Position numbers and translations under genes: made by a program. Positions 26,911 through 40,800 of a DNA stretch of 64,000 bases are shown in pieces. The DNA is from Syncephalis fuscata S228 (taxonomy: Eukaryota; Fungi; Zoopagomycota). Every line of letters starts with the position of its first letter. The first letter of the stretch is position 1. The stretch covers positions 18,998-82,997 of the forward strand of contig JAHLTZ010000057.1 in the NCBI GenBank assembly GCA_025786725.1, read 5' to 3'. The notes below the pieces were generated by a model that was not told where the DNA came from, ran no database searches, and worked only from the letters and a program-made list of their open reading frames with translations.

Positions 26911-27570
26911 TCATTTATCATTATTTTGTTGATTCAATGCTTGAGCCTCTGCATCTTTTTTGATACGTTGGCGCGCATCATCAAGTATTTGTCGAAGTTG
27001 CGCCACATCTTCGGCGGGTATTTCAACCAGTGGTTCTTCAGTTGCTGTACCATCTTCTATGTTGTTTTCTTGCTTTTCTGCCAAATCACTGGACTGTAGC
27101 CATGTTACTGACTCGCCTTTTTCTTTCATTAAATCTTCTACAGTAACTCCTTTGTCGCGGAACCAGTCGAGATGGTCGGCGATAAGATGCTTTGATTTGC
27201 ACCCATCGCACTGAATAATTACAACGCCAGAATAATAAGCCTTTTTTGATAAATGGCAGGCTTGACGGTGTCCACATCGATTACATGTAAACGCAAGAAG
27301 TAGACGGCCCTCTAATGACTTTCCAGAGTCTGTTTCAGCAATGTTTAATTCGCTATTTGCTGGTACTTTGTTCGTCAATACTGCATGTTGGCTAAAAAAG
27401 CGTATTGGTATTTGAATGTGGTTTTTTAAGCATTGGTTACAAAGTGGTTTCATTACGGCCAAGTGCTGTAGATGACGTATAGGCATTTGCTTGCCTAGTG
27501 CAGGCAGCGTTCGTCTAATACTGCCCGAAAGTGCAGCCGCGCGAATGACATTGTGTAGTTTAAGCAACAT
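26911..27570 (-). CDS. ZIM17: Mitochondrial DNL-type zinc finger Hsp70 escort protein (Zim17/Tim15/Hep1)
   Basis: Presequence plus LLLAFTCNRCGHR...SKKAYYSGVVIIQCDGCKSKHLIADHLDWF...TVEDLMKEKGESV (zf-DNL). Confidence 0.93.
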   Translation of the reverse strand: MLLKLHNVIRAAALSGSIRRTLPALGKQMPIRHLQHLAVMKPLCNQCLKNHIQIPIRFFSQHAVLTNKVPANSELNIAETDSGKSLEGRLLLAFTCNRCGHRQACHLSKKAYYSGVVIIQCDGCKSKHLIADHLDWFRDKGVTVEDLMKEKGESVTWLQSSDLAEKQENNIEDGTATEEPLVEIPAEDVAQLRQILDDARQRIKKDAEAQALNQQNNDK

Positions 27571-27894
27571 ATTGGAACAATAACAAGCTACTGGTCAAAT
27601 ATTAAATTGTTTCTAGCTTAGTGATGCTTTGAAATGGTGCAAAATATTTTATTTGCAATTAGCTGAGTCTTTTCATACCGAAAATTATAGCTTTATAGTT
27701 TATTAAAATACATAATAATAGCTTTATGATCTAATATGATCATCGTCAGATATTTGGTTTAATTCATATTGCACGCTTGACTCGTTACTCTTTATCTTGT
27801 CCTCATATTGATATCAATGCAACTATCAGTGTAGCATCTAGAAAGAAACGGTATAATATTTAGTATTTAAACTTTATTTGTTTAAATTATTCCA

Positions 27895-29098
27895 TTACAG
27901 TGATGAATAGAAAACGGGTTGTTTAGTTTTGTTAGACGTTTTTTGAAAATGTTCAAGTAGCATCTTATTGTACAGCTCTGGCTCTTGAATGTTAATAAAA
28001 TGTCCACAACCTTTAAATGTCTTCAATGGCACACGCAATATTCTGGCCATATGTTCAGAATTTGCCGGAATGATCAGGCCATCCCTATCGCCTGTGCAGA
28101 TTAAGACAGCAACATGAGTATTGCGAATGGTAATCAACTCTTCTTTAGATACGAAATGATTTGCTGCTGCTTTGGTTTGATGGACTATTCTGCTTTTATC
28201 GAGTTCTTGAGTACGTAGCAGATACTGTAATTACGTATTAGTTACGATAATATTGCTGACGGTATTTCTCACCTTATGCACCCATTCTGAATTTAGAATG
28301 TTTGGGTCCTGTTTGGACGGTGCATTTAACCATTCCTAACAAATATTAATTAGTAATCATTAAAATATAAACTAGTTTTAACTCAACTTACTTCAGGAAA
28401 TAACAATTTCGTAATTCCTGGCGCTTTCTTAGCGCAAAAAATATTACGTGAAAATACATTCTATTTGTAATCATTTACTATTAGTACATGTTCAACTAAA
28501 ATACACCAACTTACATATTCAGCATGCGAGTTTATCGCCGTGCTTGTAAAGCAGACTGAGACAAAATACTGAGGATAATGAATCACTAACAATTGGGCAA
28601 TCATGCCACCCATACTCATACCAACAAGATGGACATTTGATTTCCATCCCAAATGGTTCAAAAGCTCAATAACGTCTAGCCCCATATCCATAATGCTAAA
28701 AGCAATCCTTATCAGTTGATAGTAAACACTAATCAACAAGGTACTAACCTGCATTCTCCGTCTACTCGATCTATTATACCCATAATAATTAGCACTCTAG
28801 TCATCGATTACTTATTTTGTTCATTTACCTGATTGTCCTATACCACGGCTGTCAAATACACATACTTGATATCCTCTTTTAGCAAAGAAATCGGCCTGGT
28901 TTAAACAGTTTTCAATTTTATTGCCACGACCTAGACATTGTTAGTACAGCTAAGGCGCTATTTTGTATTATAAATACCCTGGATAAATATAACATGCTGC
29001 GAGCCAGTACCGTGTAGTTGATATACAATGTTAAATGGCTTTGTGCCACGGGTTGTAGAGACCTGGCAAACGCCTTGGATTAACCTAGTAGTGGACAT
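27895..29098 (-). CDS. Alpha/beta hydrolase (multi-exon)
   Basis: IVYQLHGTG..VIFIQG, YQVCVFDSRGIGQS, VHLVGMSMGGMIAQ (GxSxG), ICTGDRDGLI (Asp), GCGHFIN (His). Confidence 0.88.
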
Positions 29099-30509
29099 GT
29101 GTGTAAAATAGATATTTATAAACAATAAAAAGTGCTACTATTGAATCCATTTTATCAAGACAGATGCCTACATTTATATCCTAGGAAATGGACAACTGAA
29201 CAGACAATAAGCATGCGATATGAAAATGTGCAAATTTCCTCATACCCAGCAGCAAGTAGAATCTGCATTGAGTTTGGTTGGTATAAACACTGCAATGCAG
29301 TAACTACAAGGCAGCTTGCAGATAATAGTCATGGATGCATGTAGCTTCCGAACAAATAGTTTGGGCGGACTGCTAATTGCATCAAACTGCATATTTCCTA
29401 CTTTTGCCTATATTTTGTATATTTCTCTTGTTGATACATTGACCAAGCATGCACTACAGATGACTTGATATAAAATAGAAACAGAGATATGGCTTTATTT
29501 AAGTAATGGCTTTTTGGATATTTACTAGCTAAATCGCCATTATGTGGTGGAAATGCTAGTTCACCACATTTACATATGCATATCGGTACAAACAATGCAT
29601 AATAAACCAGAATTAATCCATAATCATGTGGATAAACTATACATGTGTTTTCAGAATTTAGCTATGCAATTAACACCCGGATGTATTCGGTAGATTTATT
29701 GAAATGAAATGTTATCATTCGGTTAGTTGGTCACATTAAATGCATTTTAAAGCACAGTGCAACTCAATAAAACATATACTGTAAATTATAATGGAAAGCT
29801 AGATATTATGAAGGTTCATTCAAACATAATGGTGTTTTATACACAAATTTAAAGGCTGCATTAAGGCTTGGTCTAGATAAGCATGTTGTGCCACATGTGA
29901 TAGTTGTCAATTTTCTTTTATTCAGAATGATGCATTGATATGCAGAATAACAACACATGATTATAATTTGAGGCCGGGCTGATGTCATTGGTCTATCTAT
30001 TTGTTTGCTTTTCAAGTTTATTGCACACTTTAGTTCTTAAAACTATCCACTGATTCACTGCGCATGTAGCTGTATTTAACTGATTTCTACTCAATGCTGA
30101 GGTTAAAATGCAAGTGTTGTCATAATAATTGTATTATTGTTGCTTTAGTAAATCAGTAGACCAATGCTTAATAGTACGATTTTTAAGGCAATACACCGTC
30201 ATACTCTTTCTAAGTCTTTATCTTTAAATTTGACCAAATAGTTTACACTTTACGCTTTTACAATTACCGTTAAAATGTGTCGACAAATAAACTGAATGTG
30301 CAATAGCAGACATGGCTATACTAATTCGCTAGTTTTATTTCGGTGTAATATTAATAAAGCTTTATCTTCTTTATAACCAGTACCTAAAGGGGTCTTTGCA
30401 TATTGATGTTACCATTACCACCATTGAATCCCATCACTGCCAACAGAACAGTAGCCCTATATAATTCCATTATCTTGTTTTTTTGTTTAAACATTATTTA
30501 GTATTAAAT

Positions 30510-32186
30510 ATGTCGATTGATAGCTTGCCAGATAATGTCATATGGCATCCGGCTCCGTTTCTTTCTTTGTATGCCTTAGTTAAATTGGCGGGAACAAGTC
30601 ATCGATTTCATTATTTATTAGATAGTGATAATAGCCATCTTTGGCAAACTATATACAAAAATGAGTTTTCTATCTGGGGTCAAGAAAGTAATTTGATAAT
30701 CTATTTGAATGAAAAATTTAATGGTAATCTAGGTGCTTACTGGGCACGTCGACGTCTGAAGAACTGCTGGAAAAATGGGTTTGAAAACTGGCCACGTATA
30801 TCTTGGAAATGCCCAATAACATCTAGATTTTCAATCGGTGCCTGTAGCGTGAGTATGGCGGCAGTGAGAATGGGCGGTGGTGCTATTGGTCTATTTGAAT
30901 ATAGCAATCCGACCTATAATTACGCATCCATAAATAACAGATTTGAACAATTTGTACCAACTAAGATTTTGACTGTTCCTGAGTTGGTTCAAGAGCTGAT
31001 TGAGCTGGATGCAACCAAAAATATTAAAATAACTGTAGAAGAAAAAACAAAAGAAAGCGGACCATGGACATATCAAAGAATCGTACTTTTTAACAATTAC
31101 ATTGTAGAATTTGCAACTCGAGGAGCAGATCCACCATTATTATTACTGTGAGATAAAAAGACAAAAGTATTTAAACAACATTTATTTGGTGGATCTTTAA
31201 GAAATATTCAAGTAAATAATCATATATTGATGGGACTGCGAGGAAGGGACACTTTAGCTGCTTACAATTTACTGGCACCGCCTGATCAGTGTCAAAAAGT
31301 AATTCATTGCATTGATTATTTGATCAGCTCAAATCCACAGCAAAACAATTTGTTTTTATTATTTGATTCAAACAGTTGCTACAGTTCAAGGCTTAATACA
31401 ATAAATGATAACACAGCAGATTCTGATGAGCCGTCTTTGAACGTTGAGGAATCAAACAAATATTATATTTGTTGGCAGATTTGGGATTTATCTCAAGAGC
31501 TGGCGTTGGCAGCTGATGCCGACCCGGACTTTGTTGTGGCCACTACATCAAGTTCTATAGTTGATGGCAAAACTCAGCTGCCAATAAATTCTATAGGTTG
31601 CATTTGTGAAGGTCAGCTGATTTCTGATACTGTAGCTATTTTTTGGGGATCGAGTAATGACCAGCAACACCGGCGTGCTGAATGGATAGTTCGGTGTGAA
31701 GCATTGACTAATCAACCGAAATGGATATATGAATGCCCATCCAACATTTATAAAGTTACTCCAATGCCCGAATATAATCTTATTGTTATATCCATGGACA
31801 TAAAATGCTTTATTTTAAATCTGTTTACCGGGGGGCCAAGCGGGACAATACGGTTACAAAACAACGGTCCTTTGGTTCATCTATTAGGACCACTGTTTAT
31901 TCAAAATCACGAAACAGATGAGGCAATTACACTAATAGACGTGGCTAAGCAAGCTGTGCTATGGCATAATATTTCCTACAAATCGTTATTGCAACGCAAT
32001 GTCACGGGCAATATCAATTCAAATAACTTGTCTGCCACAGTTTCAAATCGTAAAGGATTGTTGGACTTATACAGAAAACCACCAATTAGAATGGCTTTTA
32101 GTTTAACTCGGTTATTATTACAAAATCACCAAATGATACTAATGGTGTATTCACTTTGCATGCCCCAATTTAATAAAGAGGACTAA
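30510..32186 (+). pseudogene. F-box protein with beta-propeller-like C-terminus, interrupted by one in-frame TGA
   Basis: N-terminus MSIDSLPDNVIWH..PFLSLYALVKLAGTSHRFH..L....LWQ is F-box-like; the two ORFs are in the same frame, separated only by TGA 31149-31151 (LLLL*DKK); terminal TAA lies inside the repeat at 32184-32186. Confidence 0.7.
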
Positions 32187-34929
32187 ATTTAATAACATCC
32201 AATCTATTGAACGTGATGATGGGTGGTGAGTGACATCAAGCATCAAATACTCGTCATTATAGATTTATTATTCAGTACACATATATCCATCATTTACCTA
32301 TATCATATATCATTTTATTCCATACTACTATATATCATTCTAAAATACACTAGAACATTTTATTGTATACTAATTACTCGCTGCTCAATACTGTTGTTTG
32401 ATTGTCGCTATCTTTATTATTAATAAAGTTCAGTCAATTTCGCTCATCTTATTCATTAGGCTATATAACTTGAAACCTGTAATATGTATATAATGTACTT
32501 GGTATATTATAGAGTGATATATAGTAATGTGAGTAGAGTAGGAATGATATAGGTGAATAGAGAATATGTACATACTGGATAATAAATCTACAATAATGGA
32601 TATTTTTCTGATTGATGTCACTCGCCATCCAGTCCCATGTTCAATAGAACAAATACTGTTAAATTAGGTACTCGATCGCCAAATCACGCTAATATTTGTT
32701 AATCAATTGTTTAATATTGGTGTGCTGAATTTAAGGCAAACAATACAAGCAAGTAATATAATGCAATGATATTGTTGTTCAAATAGCCAACGCGAGTATA
32801 GTTACATTGCTCTTAACTAATTGCAATATGTTGATAATGTAATACAGCTCAAGCAACTAGACGACATACCAAAGCTACTGAATACCATATTGTTATTGTT
32901 GCTATAGAAGCTATTTGTTTAAAGTTATGTTAAATAGTAGGCATTTATAAGAAAGTGGCTGTGCTTGCTAATGCTTATGATAAAAATAGATACAATAGCA
33001 CGATCAAAATCAACATAGCAACACGCTGCCCATGATACGACATACCAATAAAGTAGTATACATAATAATTGGTATGCGTCTAGTGCGGCTTGTTGCATAA
33101 TATGCCGGCTGATTTGCCAATTAACATAGTGCTGATATCAGTATTGCTAGCAACAATCACCAACTGTATATATTTGCCTGTTGATACACCATTGCTATAC
33201 ATTCGAGTGAGCAGATATATTATTGTAATCGGCTAATATGTAAGTTGTTATTTACTTATATATAGCTGTTTTAACAGCATCAGCAACTGTAGATATAGTT
33301 GGCTTCATTAGACATAATGCACATGCGCGCTAACTATATTTAACAAAAGTGCATGGCTTGCTAGCTGTAATCAATAGCCGTATATTCGTACGCACTAACG
33401 ACTATTGGCGCATTACATTGTCAATTGCATTAGTTTAGTCGTCACTACTAGCGTTGTTATCAATATCACAATATAAATGCCATATCCGACAACTGACATC
33501 CTTATACATGCGCATCTAATGATACACAGAAAAGCAACACAAGTATTGGTCAGTAATAAGCATGCGTATAGCAATTGCTGCCTAGTACGCTTACAATATT
33601 GCCGGTAGCAGCCAGTTGGCATTACTGATGATCAATGCTAATACGCGCTAACAAGTAGCACATATTGGCTGCTTTATTAGAAATATATATACTCAAACAA
33701 TATACAACAATATACATCCATCAACATGTATATCAATGCACACATAGTAACAACAATCAATACTATTTGTATAGCTATGCAATAGCTGGCATTATTGTTA
33801 CTATTCATTGTAATCAAATACGTGTCAATAGTCATTGTATGTTAATTAGTATCAATATTGTAATACATGGTCGTATGCTATTAATAAATATTAATAAACC
33901 AGCCATTGCATTAGCAAGACTAATTAGGCATTATAGCCAAGTAATAAATATTAACAAAAGCTAAATTTAACTATTTGTTAGTTATAATTGATACACTTTT
34001 GATTAGTATTTGCTGTCAGCTTGTCAGCTATATTGGACAGCTAACATAATAGCTAATAGTCTATCAACTAGTAAATACATTGGCGGTAGCTATTACATAT
34101 AGTTGCAATGTCTGTACAATAGTGCAATAACATACACTGATAACTTGATGGCTACACATGTTATGAACGGTGTATTCGTCATTCAGATTGACTATTTTAT
34201 TAGCATTAATGGTGTTGTGTATTAAGCATAACCAGCATCATTGGTGGGCCATGCTATGAGATATTGTTGCTGGTTACTATACAGCCATGATTAGTTTCCA
34301 AAATGATATTGGCAATGCCAATAGTCGTCAATGCAGTATACATCTAATGATAATTATTGCTTTTGATAAATATTTTAGTTGCATAAGTGTCTCATTTTTA
34401 ATCAGCTATGACATTGTTCAAAGTGCTGGTTTATTTTTATAGCTAGAATATTAGTCTAAATGCTTTCTTTAATTCATAAAATTGCCATCGACTATAAACA
34501 CTGTGTTTACAGTAATGTCTTACTTGTGATTAGCTATGACTATCATGCAGATATCTGCTTGTTCGCGTATAGTCAGGATAGTTGCATGAACGTTTTACCA
34601 CCAATGCACAATATTCAATGCTTTTAATACGCATTCATTGTAAAATATATTTTTATTTCCAATAGCTATGGCTGCAGCAAAAAACACCATTTTTTAGTTG
34701 AACTGTTTTAAATACTGACAGAAAACAGTTTGAATTTCAAATGTAAAATGCCTTATTAACGCTATGAAAGTATTTACGTGTAAATTGGTTAATAAAAAAC
34801 AATTAAGTTTTATGATTTTAGAAATTTAATACTAAAGACAAAAGTTGGCATAAAGTAAATCCAAAGCAATCAACAGCGTTAAGGCAAGCATGGTAGCAAT
34901 TTACTATAAAAAAATATCGATGCACATTG
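32181..34929 (-). repeat. 2.75-kb non-coding segment, copy 2 (inverted) of 9468-12217
   Basis: Ends GACTAAATTTAATAACATCC... and ...ATCGATGCACATTG are the reverse complements of the copy 1 ends. Confidence 0.97.
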
Positions 34930-35542
34930 ACTCTATATTTTTACGTTTAAATTTGTAAACTATGCTTTATTGCCATTTAAAGATATTATAACAGTATGAT
35001 ATTTGTATAATGGTTCTATGTATTTAAAATAACAAATAATCCAATATTACAATGTTCATGACTATTGTGTGTCAATGGTAAAGTTTTATGCTTTGTAACT
35101 TCAGCACAGCCATTATACTATTTTATTTATCTTGTAGTAACCATGTACTACTCATGAATATTGCTCGTTTGTATCTAGTTCAATTACCAATAAATTTTGC
35201 CTAACTTTGTTTATTGAGCCATACACACAGATAGAACAAATAATATGAGTATTTGTAAATCTATTGCTTAATTAAAAGTATGTACTTGGCTAATTATTTA
35301 TGTTATTAATTACTGAACTAGCTAACGTTAAATAGATCGGTATAGAATTGAAGAAAGTTAAAAATAAAAGAGTTCAAGTATCAATATTGCAATACTACAA
35401 TGATGTAATAATATGGCGATATTTACAGTATATATCTATACAGGATAATCATCATAATAAATCTGATGACCAATATAACTCACTACCCATTTCTATGTTC
35501 AATACAACAAGTTGCATATTTATTAATATTATTCTAATTAAT

Positions 35543-35956
35543 TTACGTATTATTTGATGATGGTCGATGTGATATAATACCCGCCCATCCATTCAAATAA
35601 CGCGTATGTTGTTCAAATGCTGCTAATAGTGCATCTACCGGTCTATCGGATGATACATCACCAGCATCCTCTGGAATCAAACCAAATACACCAACTGCTT
35701 CAACCTATTCATACAAACAAATAGATATATATTATAATAAATAAGCTATTGCTCATAATAACATATAACAGTATTTAACTACACTATACTTGCCTGATGC
35801 ATAATTGTTTCGTGAATACCCACTAATTCATACGCCAACTGAAACTAATGGCGTCAGTAGCTGTCTATATTGAACTACTAGTATATACTAACTAACCTTT
35901 TCAAGCGCATCATTCAATAGACTCTCGCTACTATCATAACTAGTATCTGTAGACAT
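35543..35956 (-). CDS. Small (~97 aa) hypothetical protein, 3 exons, divergent from UBR1
   Basis: MSTDTSYDSSESLLNDALEK / TATDAIS.QLAYELVGIHETIMHQ / VEAVGVFGLIPEDAGD...SSNNT*; donors GTTAGT and GCAAGT, TAG acceptors; needs one extra base near 35843. Confidence 0.5.
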
Positions 35957-36178
35957 ACTTAGTGTCAATCAAATAGCCGTAATCTGTAGTCGCTGTATTT
36001 GTCAACATAAAATGGCTTGTGGTGACGAATAAGTGAATTGTATTTTTATATTCTCGCATCTTATTCTCTTCTATTTCCTTCAAACTGGCTGTTATACCAA
36101 CACTATTATCAACACTGTAGCCTTGTACAACTTATATAAACACGCATCGCACAGGTAACTGAAGGTAACTGATACTGA

Positions 36179-37805
36179 ATGGTGTCGGGTCACAGCTTTC
36201 TGGTGCAGAGTCCACCAGATGGTTCATTGTTGCGCAAATTAAACTATCTGCCACGACAACATGACTATGAAATCGCCGATACAAGCGAGCTATCACTACG
36301 TCAAACGTTAGAAGAAGCACTATGCGATGGTCGGGCCGATATTATTGCTCAACTATTTCCACCTGAATCAGCGCCTGAATTGAATGGTCATCCAGGCAAT
36401 AGTGGTGGCAATATCGACGATACTGATGTCAACGATGAAGATTTTGGTCTTAATCATGCATCTACATCGCTTGAAGGGCTTGACGAGTATCTATCGGGGC
36501 GGGAGGCCATTTCTCAAGTGCTATCGAATCAATTAACGCATCCATCGCATCGTTCCTTGGCCATGGCCGAAGATAGCGATGCCGAAGACAGTGATGACTA
36601 TGACGGTCATAGTCTTGACTATGCAGTAGATACCGACGGTGGTGACTTTAATGATGGTGCACTAGACACAGATGGACCAGAATATACAGAAGCAATGCGT
36701 GGCAGTCCATGTGGACATGTATTCAAATCAGGTGAAAGTATTTATCGTTGTCGGTAAGTGTCAATGTATATACATATATATATATTAGTAGTTAATATTT
36801 ATTTATTTAATTAGTACTTGTGGGATGGATGAGACTTGTGTATTATGTGCACCGTGCTTTAGAGCCACTAATCATGAAGGCCATGTTACATCAGTGTCTA
36901 TTGCCAGTGGTAGTGGTGGATGTTGTGATTGTGGAGATACTGAAGCATGGCTTACACCACAAATCTGTACTATTCATTCAGCCGACGTTGTTAATACTGA
37001 ACATGACACAACGGGTGACAAGAAAGATCTACCCGCCATTGAACCATTACCGGAATGGTTACGTCTACGTATGCAAGTAGTTACGGCCACGGCATTGGAT
37101 CATGTACTTGATACACTATGTCGTTGCTTACGTGAACCTAAAGTGGAGAATATGGAAGAAGTAAAGAAGGATGCCGCAGTTGGACTGGCCGAGGAACAAC
37201 AAGCACTATCCGATACCGATACTTCCTATATGACACCACTGCAAGCAGAAAGGGCCAATGATATGTTGTATAATGTATTGTTGTGGAATGATGAAGTGCA
37301 CTCATTTTTAGAAGTGATTGAACGGGTTGATTCAGCCACCAATTGTTCAAGACGTGTAGCGAAACAAATAGCCGAGAAAGTAGATTTGCGAGTAAGTAAT
37401 TAAATATATATTATATTAAATATATATTATACTATATTATATTATAGTAATTAATAATTACTATATCATTTATAATAGGGACGTGCTATTGTTGAAATGT
37501 CACGCTCATTAGGTAGACTTGAACAAGTAGCTGATTACCTTAGTCAAACAAATCTTGGTGTCAGTATTCGATCAGCGCGAGATGTTTATAGAGAAGAACA
37601 GGCCGGTTGGATACTGAATTGGTTAATTGATGTGACATCAGGTCGACGTGGCCATTTTGGAAAGATTTATGGATCAGCGGGTATATCAAGCATTAAAGAA
37701 GCAGTAAGTTTGGCCTTTTGTGGTGTATGGCGTGCATCATGGTCAACTGCTTCATTAGAAGAAGAATTTGCCTTTGGACGTGAAGCAGCTATTCATGCTT
37801 TATTA

Positions 37806-37837
<32 letters not shown>

Positions 37838-40800
37838 AGAGGAGGAAGAAGAGGATAACAAGATAGCAGTACAACGACAAGCTATTACGAATGATGAATC
37901 AATTAATACACATCGTCATGAAAACAATATTGATAATGATGAAGAATCTGACGGTAATTCAGTCTATTTTGAAGCACCCTTATCTGAAGAAGAGTTATTG
38001 GCATTTGATTCAGTATTACGTGGTGAAGGACTAACAGCAGCTGATATAACCACCAATACAGCTAATAATACAATTGAAATAAAGAAGAAAGAAGACACAG
38101 ATATTGAAATGGCTGATACACAATCAGATGAATTAAAAGCTGAAAAAGAAGAAGTGACGGCATTAATACGGGAAAATACACGTCGTCGATTGGATTACTT
38201 CTTATTATTTGATCTTCGATTATGGAAAAAGGCACGGGCCTCGTTACATAATTTATTTGTGACAACAATGATGTATTCACCCAGATCCAAGATTGCCATG
38301 GGTAAATTATTATATCAACACGTTTAATATATTTAATTAATATATTTAATTAATTATTTTATTTTATTTATAGGTGCCATATTTGCTAGAAATTATACAC
38401 ATTTGGCAGATGCATTTTTAAGTCGTGATCGGGCACCTGAAACTTCAGTTATGCATTTTACGGTTCAACTATTAACAACACCGACGATTGCTGCTTATTT
38501 GGCCAAAGAACATCGCTTCTTTAATACAGTTATTACTCTATTACGTATTCACTTCTTACCAGAGGCTACTTCGGATGGAGATGCAGAACGCTCAATAGAT
38601 GCCCATATTAGTTGTTCGTCGTCAGCCTTTACTAATCGTCGATTTATGCATATATTCCAAGATCTACGATTTATGCTCAGTTCACCTATTCCTCGACAAG
38701 TTATTGGACATGATCCACGTAATCTACTTAATTATCTAGAACTACTTAATCTGTTTCAAGATATGAATCCACAACGTAGAGCAGTAGATCTACATGTGGA
38801 GTATGAATCTGAGACATGGGTCAATGCCTTCCAAGTAACGATGTTACTGGCCCGTACAGTACAGCCATTAGCTCAAAGTTATGCTCAAAATACCAATATT
38901 CTGGCTGCATCACTTCAACGTGTATTACGACATATTGGTGTATGGGCTTCTGAAGAAGAGGAAGAGGAAGAGGAGGAAGAGGAAGAGGAAGAGGAGGAGG
39001 ATAGCAATAATATTGAAGAACAGCCTATAAATACCAATAATGAAGATACAGTTATGATTAGTAATACAGATAATACAGCTATTAATACAACACAACAACA
39101 ACAACTCATATTACTACTTCTACTTCACATGGTCGACGTAAACCATCATTACCTTCACCGGAATTCCATACTGTTAAATTGGCCAATCAACATATCAAGT
39201 GGTACATTATCGCGTATCACTTCAGGGTGTATCTTTCCATCATCCAATGCATTGGTTATTGGCTGAATTACTCAAATTTGTTCATTTATTGGATGAAACA
39301 AAGCTTAAAGCGGCGGGATGGCACAGTTTCCGTAGTGTTATACTTGGATTCTACCACTATCCAGGTAATTCAGTCAATCAAGTAGTTCATACAACACTAG
39401 AACGACTATTATGTATATTCGACTATCCAATTCGAGGTAATTAGAAATACGACATATATATATAAATATATAAATAATACGTAATAATTTGTTTGTTTAG
39501 TGTGTGCTTGGATGGCCCAAATTAAATCTGGTTTATGGGTACGCAACGGATATGCTATTCGTAGTCAAGTAAGTGATATCGTTTACTAATAATGTATCAA
39601 ATACTAATAATGCATGTTAATAAATAGGCACATCATTATAGGGATTTAATGTTGAGAGATGCTGCTTATAATAATGATATATTTCTCGTTCAAACTAGTT
39701 TTATTCTACTTGATCCAAGTTTGGTACTAGCAACTTTATTAGATCGATTTGAATTGACTGATTGGCTGGATAATCCAACCAATACCAGTCCTCATTACGA
39801 CACATCTCAAGCAATATTTATGGTTGAAGAAATGCTTCATCTTATTATTCTTAGTGTATCTGAATTGACTCGGGCTGCTAACTATACGGAAGAAGAAGAG
39901 ATTGAACGTGAAATCAGCCATGCTACAGTGAAACCAATTGCGTATTCAGAATTAATACGCCGTGTACTAGAACGTATTGGTGATCATGCTCAATTTGATC
40001 ATATACTTCAACGAGTATGTCAATTCTATCCACCAGACGGCATTAGTGATCATGGTCGATATGAGATAAAGGGTGAATATTTAATGAATATAGATCCATA
40101 TTATATTCACTATTCACGTAATCAGCGTACTGAAGCAGAAGAGGCACTTAAAGCGTATTATACTAAACAACAACAACAACAACAACAACAGCAATCGTCA
40201 CCAACTACCACCACACCCACAGTTCATTTTGCACAACCTCGTAAAATTGAACAAGGTCCATTCCGTCATATTAGCAATATACTACACACATCTGGTCTGT
40301 GTGATGTATTATTTACCTCTATTTGGTGTGCTATGCAGAATCCACGGGCCAATACGGATACACTTGTTGATGAATCGTTACATTTAATGTTACTCGCCTT
40401 AGTAAATGTAAACACTAATATTGATAATTTAAAGGAAAATGGTTTTATTCAACACGTAACCAGTCTACGTAGAATGGTTAAACCAGTCACCGATACAGAT
40501 ACGGCTACAGATACGGCTACAGATACAGATACAGATACACACGAAGAACTAACAGTACTTGATCTATTATTGCGACTATCAGTAAATGAACAGTTTAAAG
40601 ATCATCACGCGAAAGCAAAGGCTGTACTTGATCGATTAGTGGCCAATGAAAGTAGTGAAGGCAAAATACAACACTCCATTAGTCAATGGCAACAACTACA
40701 TGCATCTGAACAGGCTGCACAAGATAAGGCCGATGCCGAAAAGCCTAATAAAGGAAAGCCAGATGCCAAAGCATTACAGGCCAAGATTATGGAAGACTTT

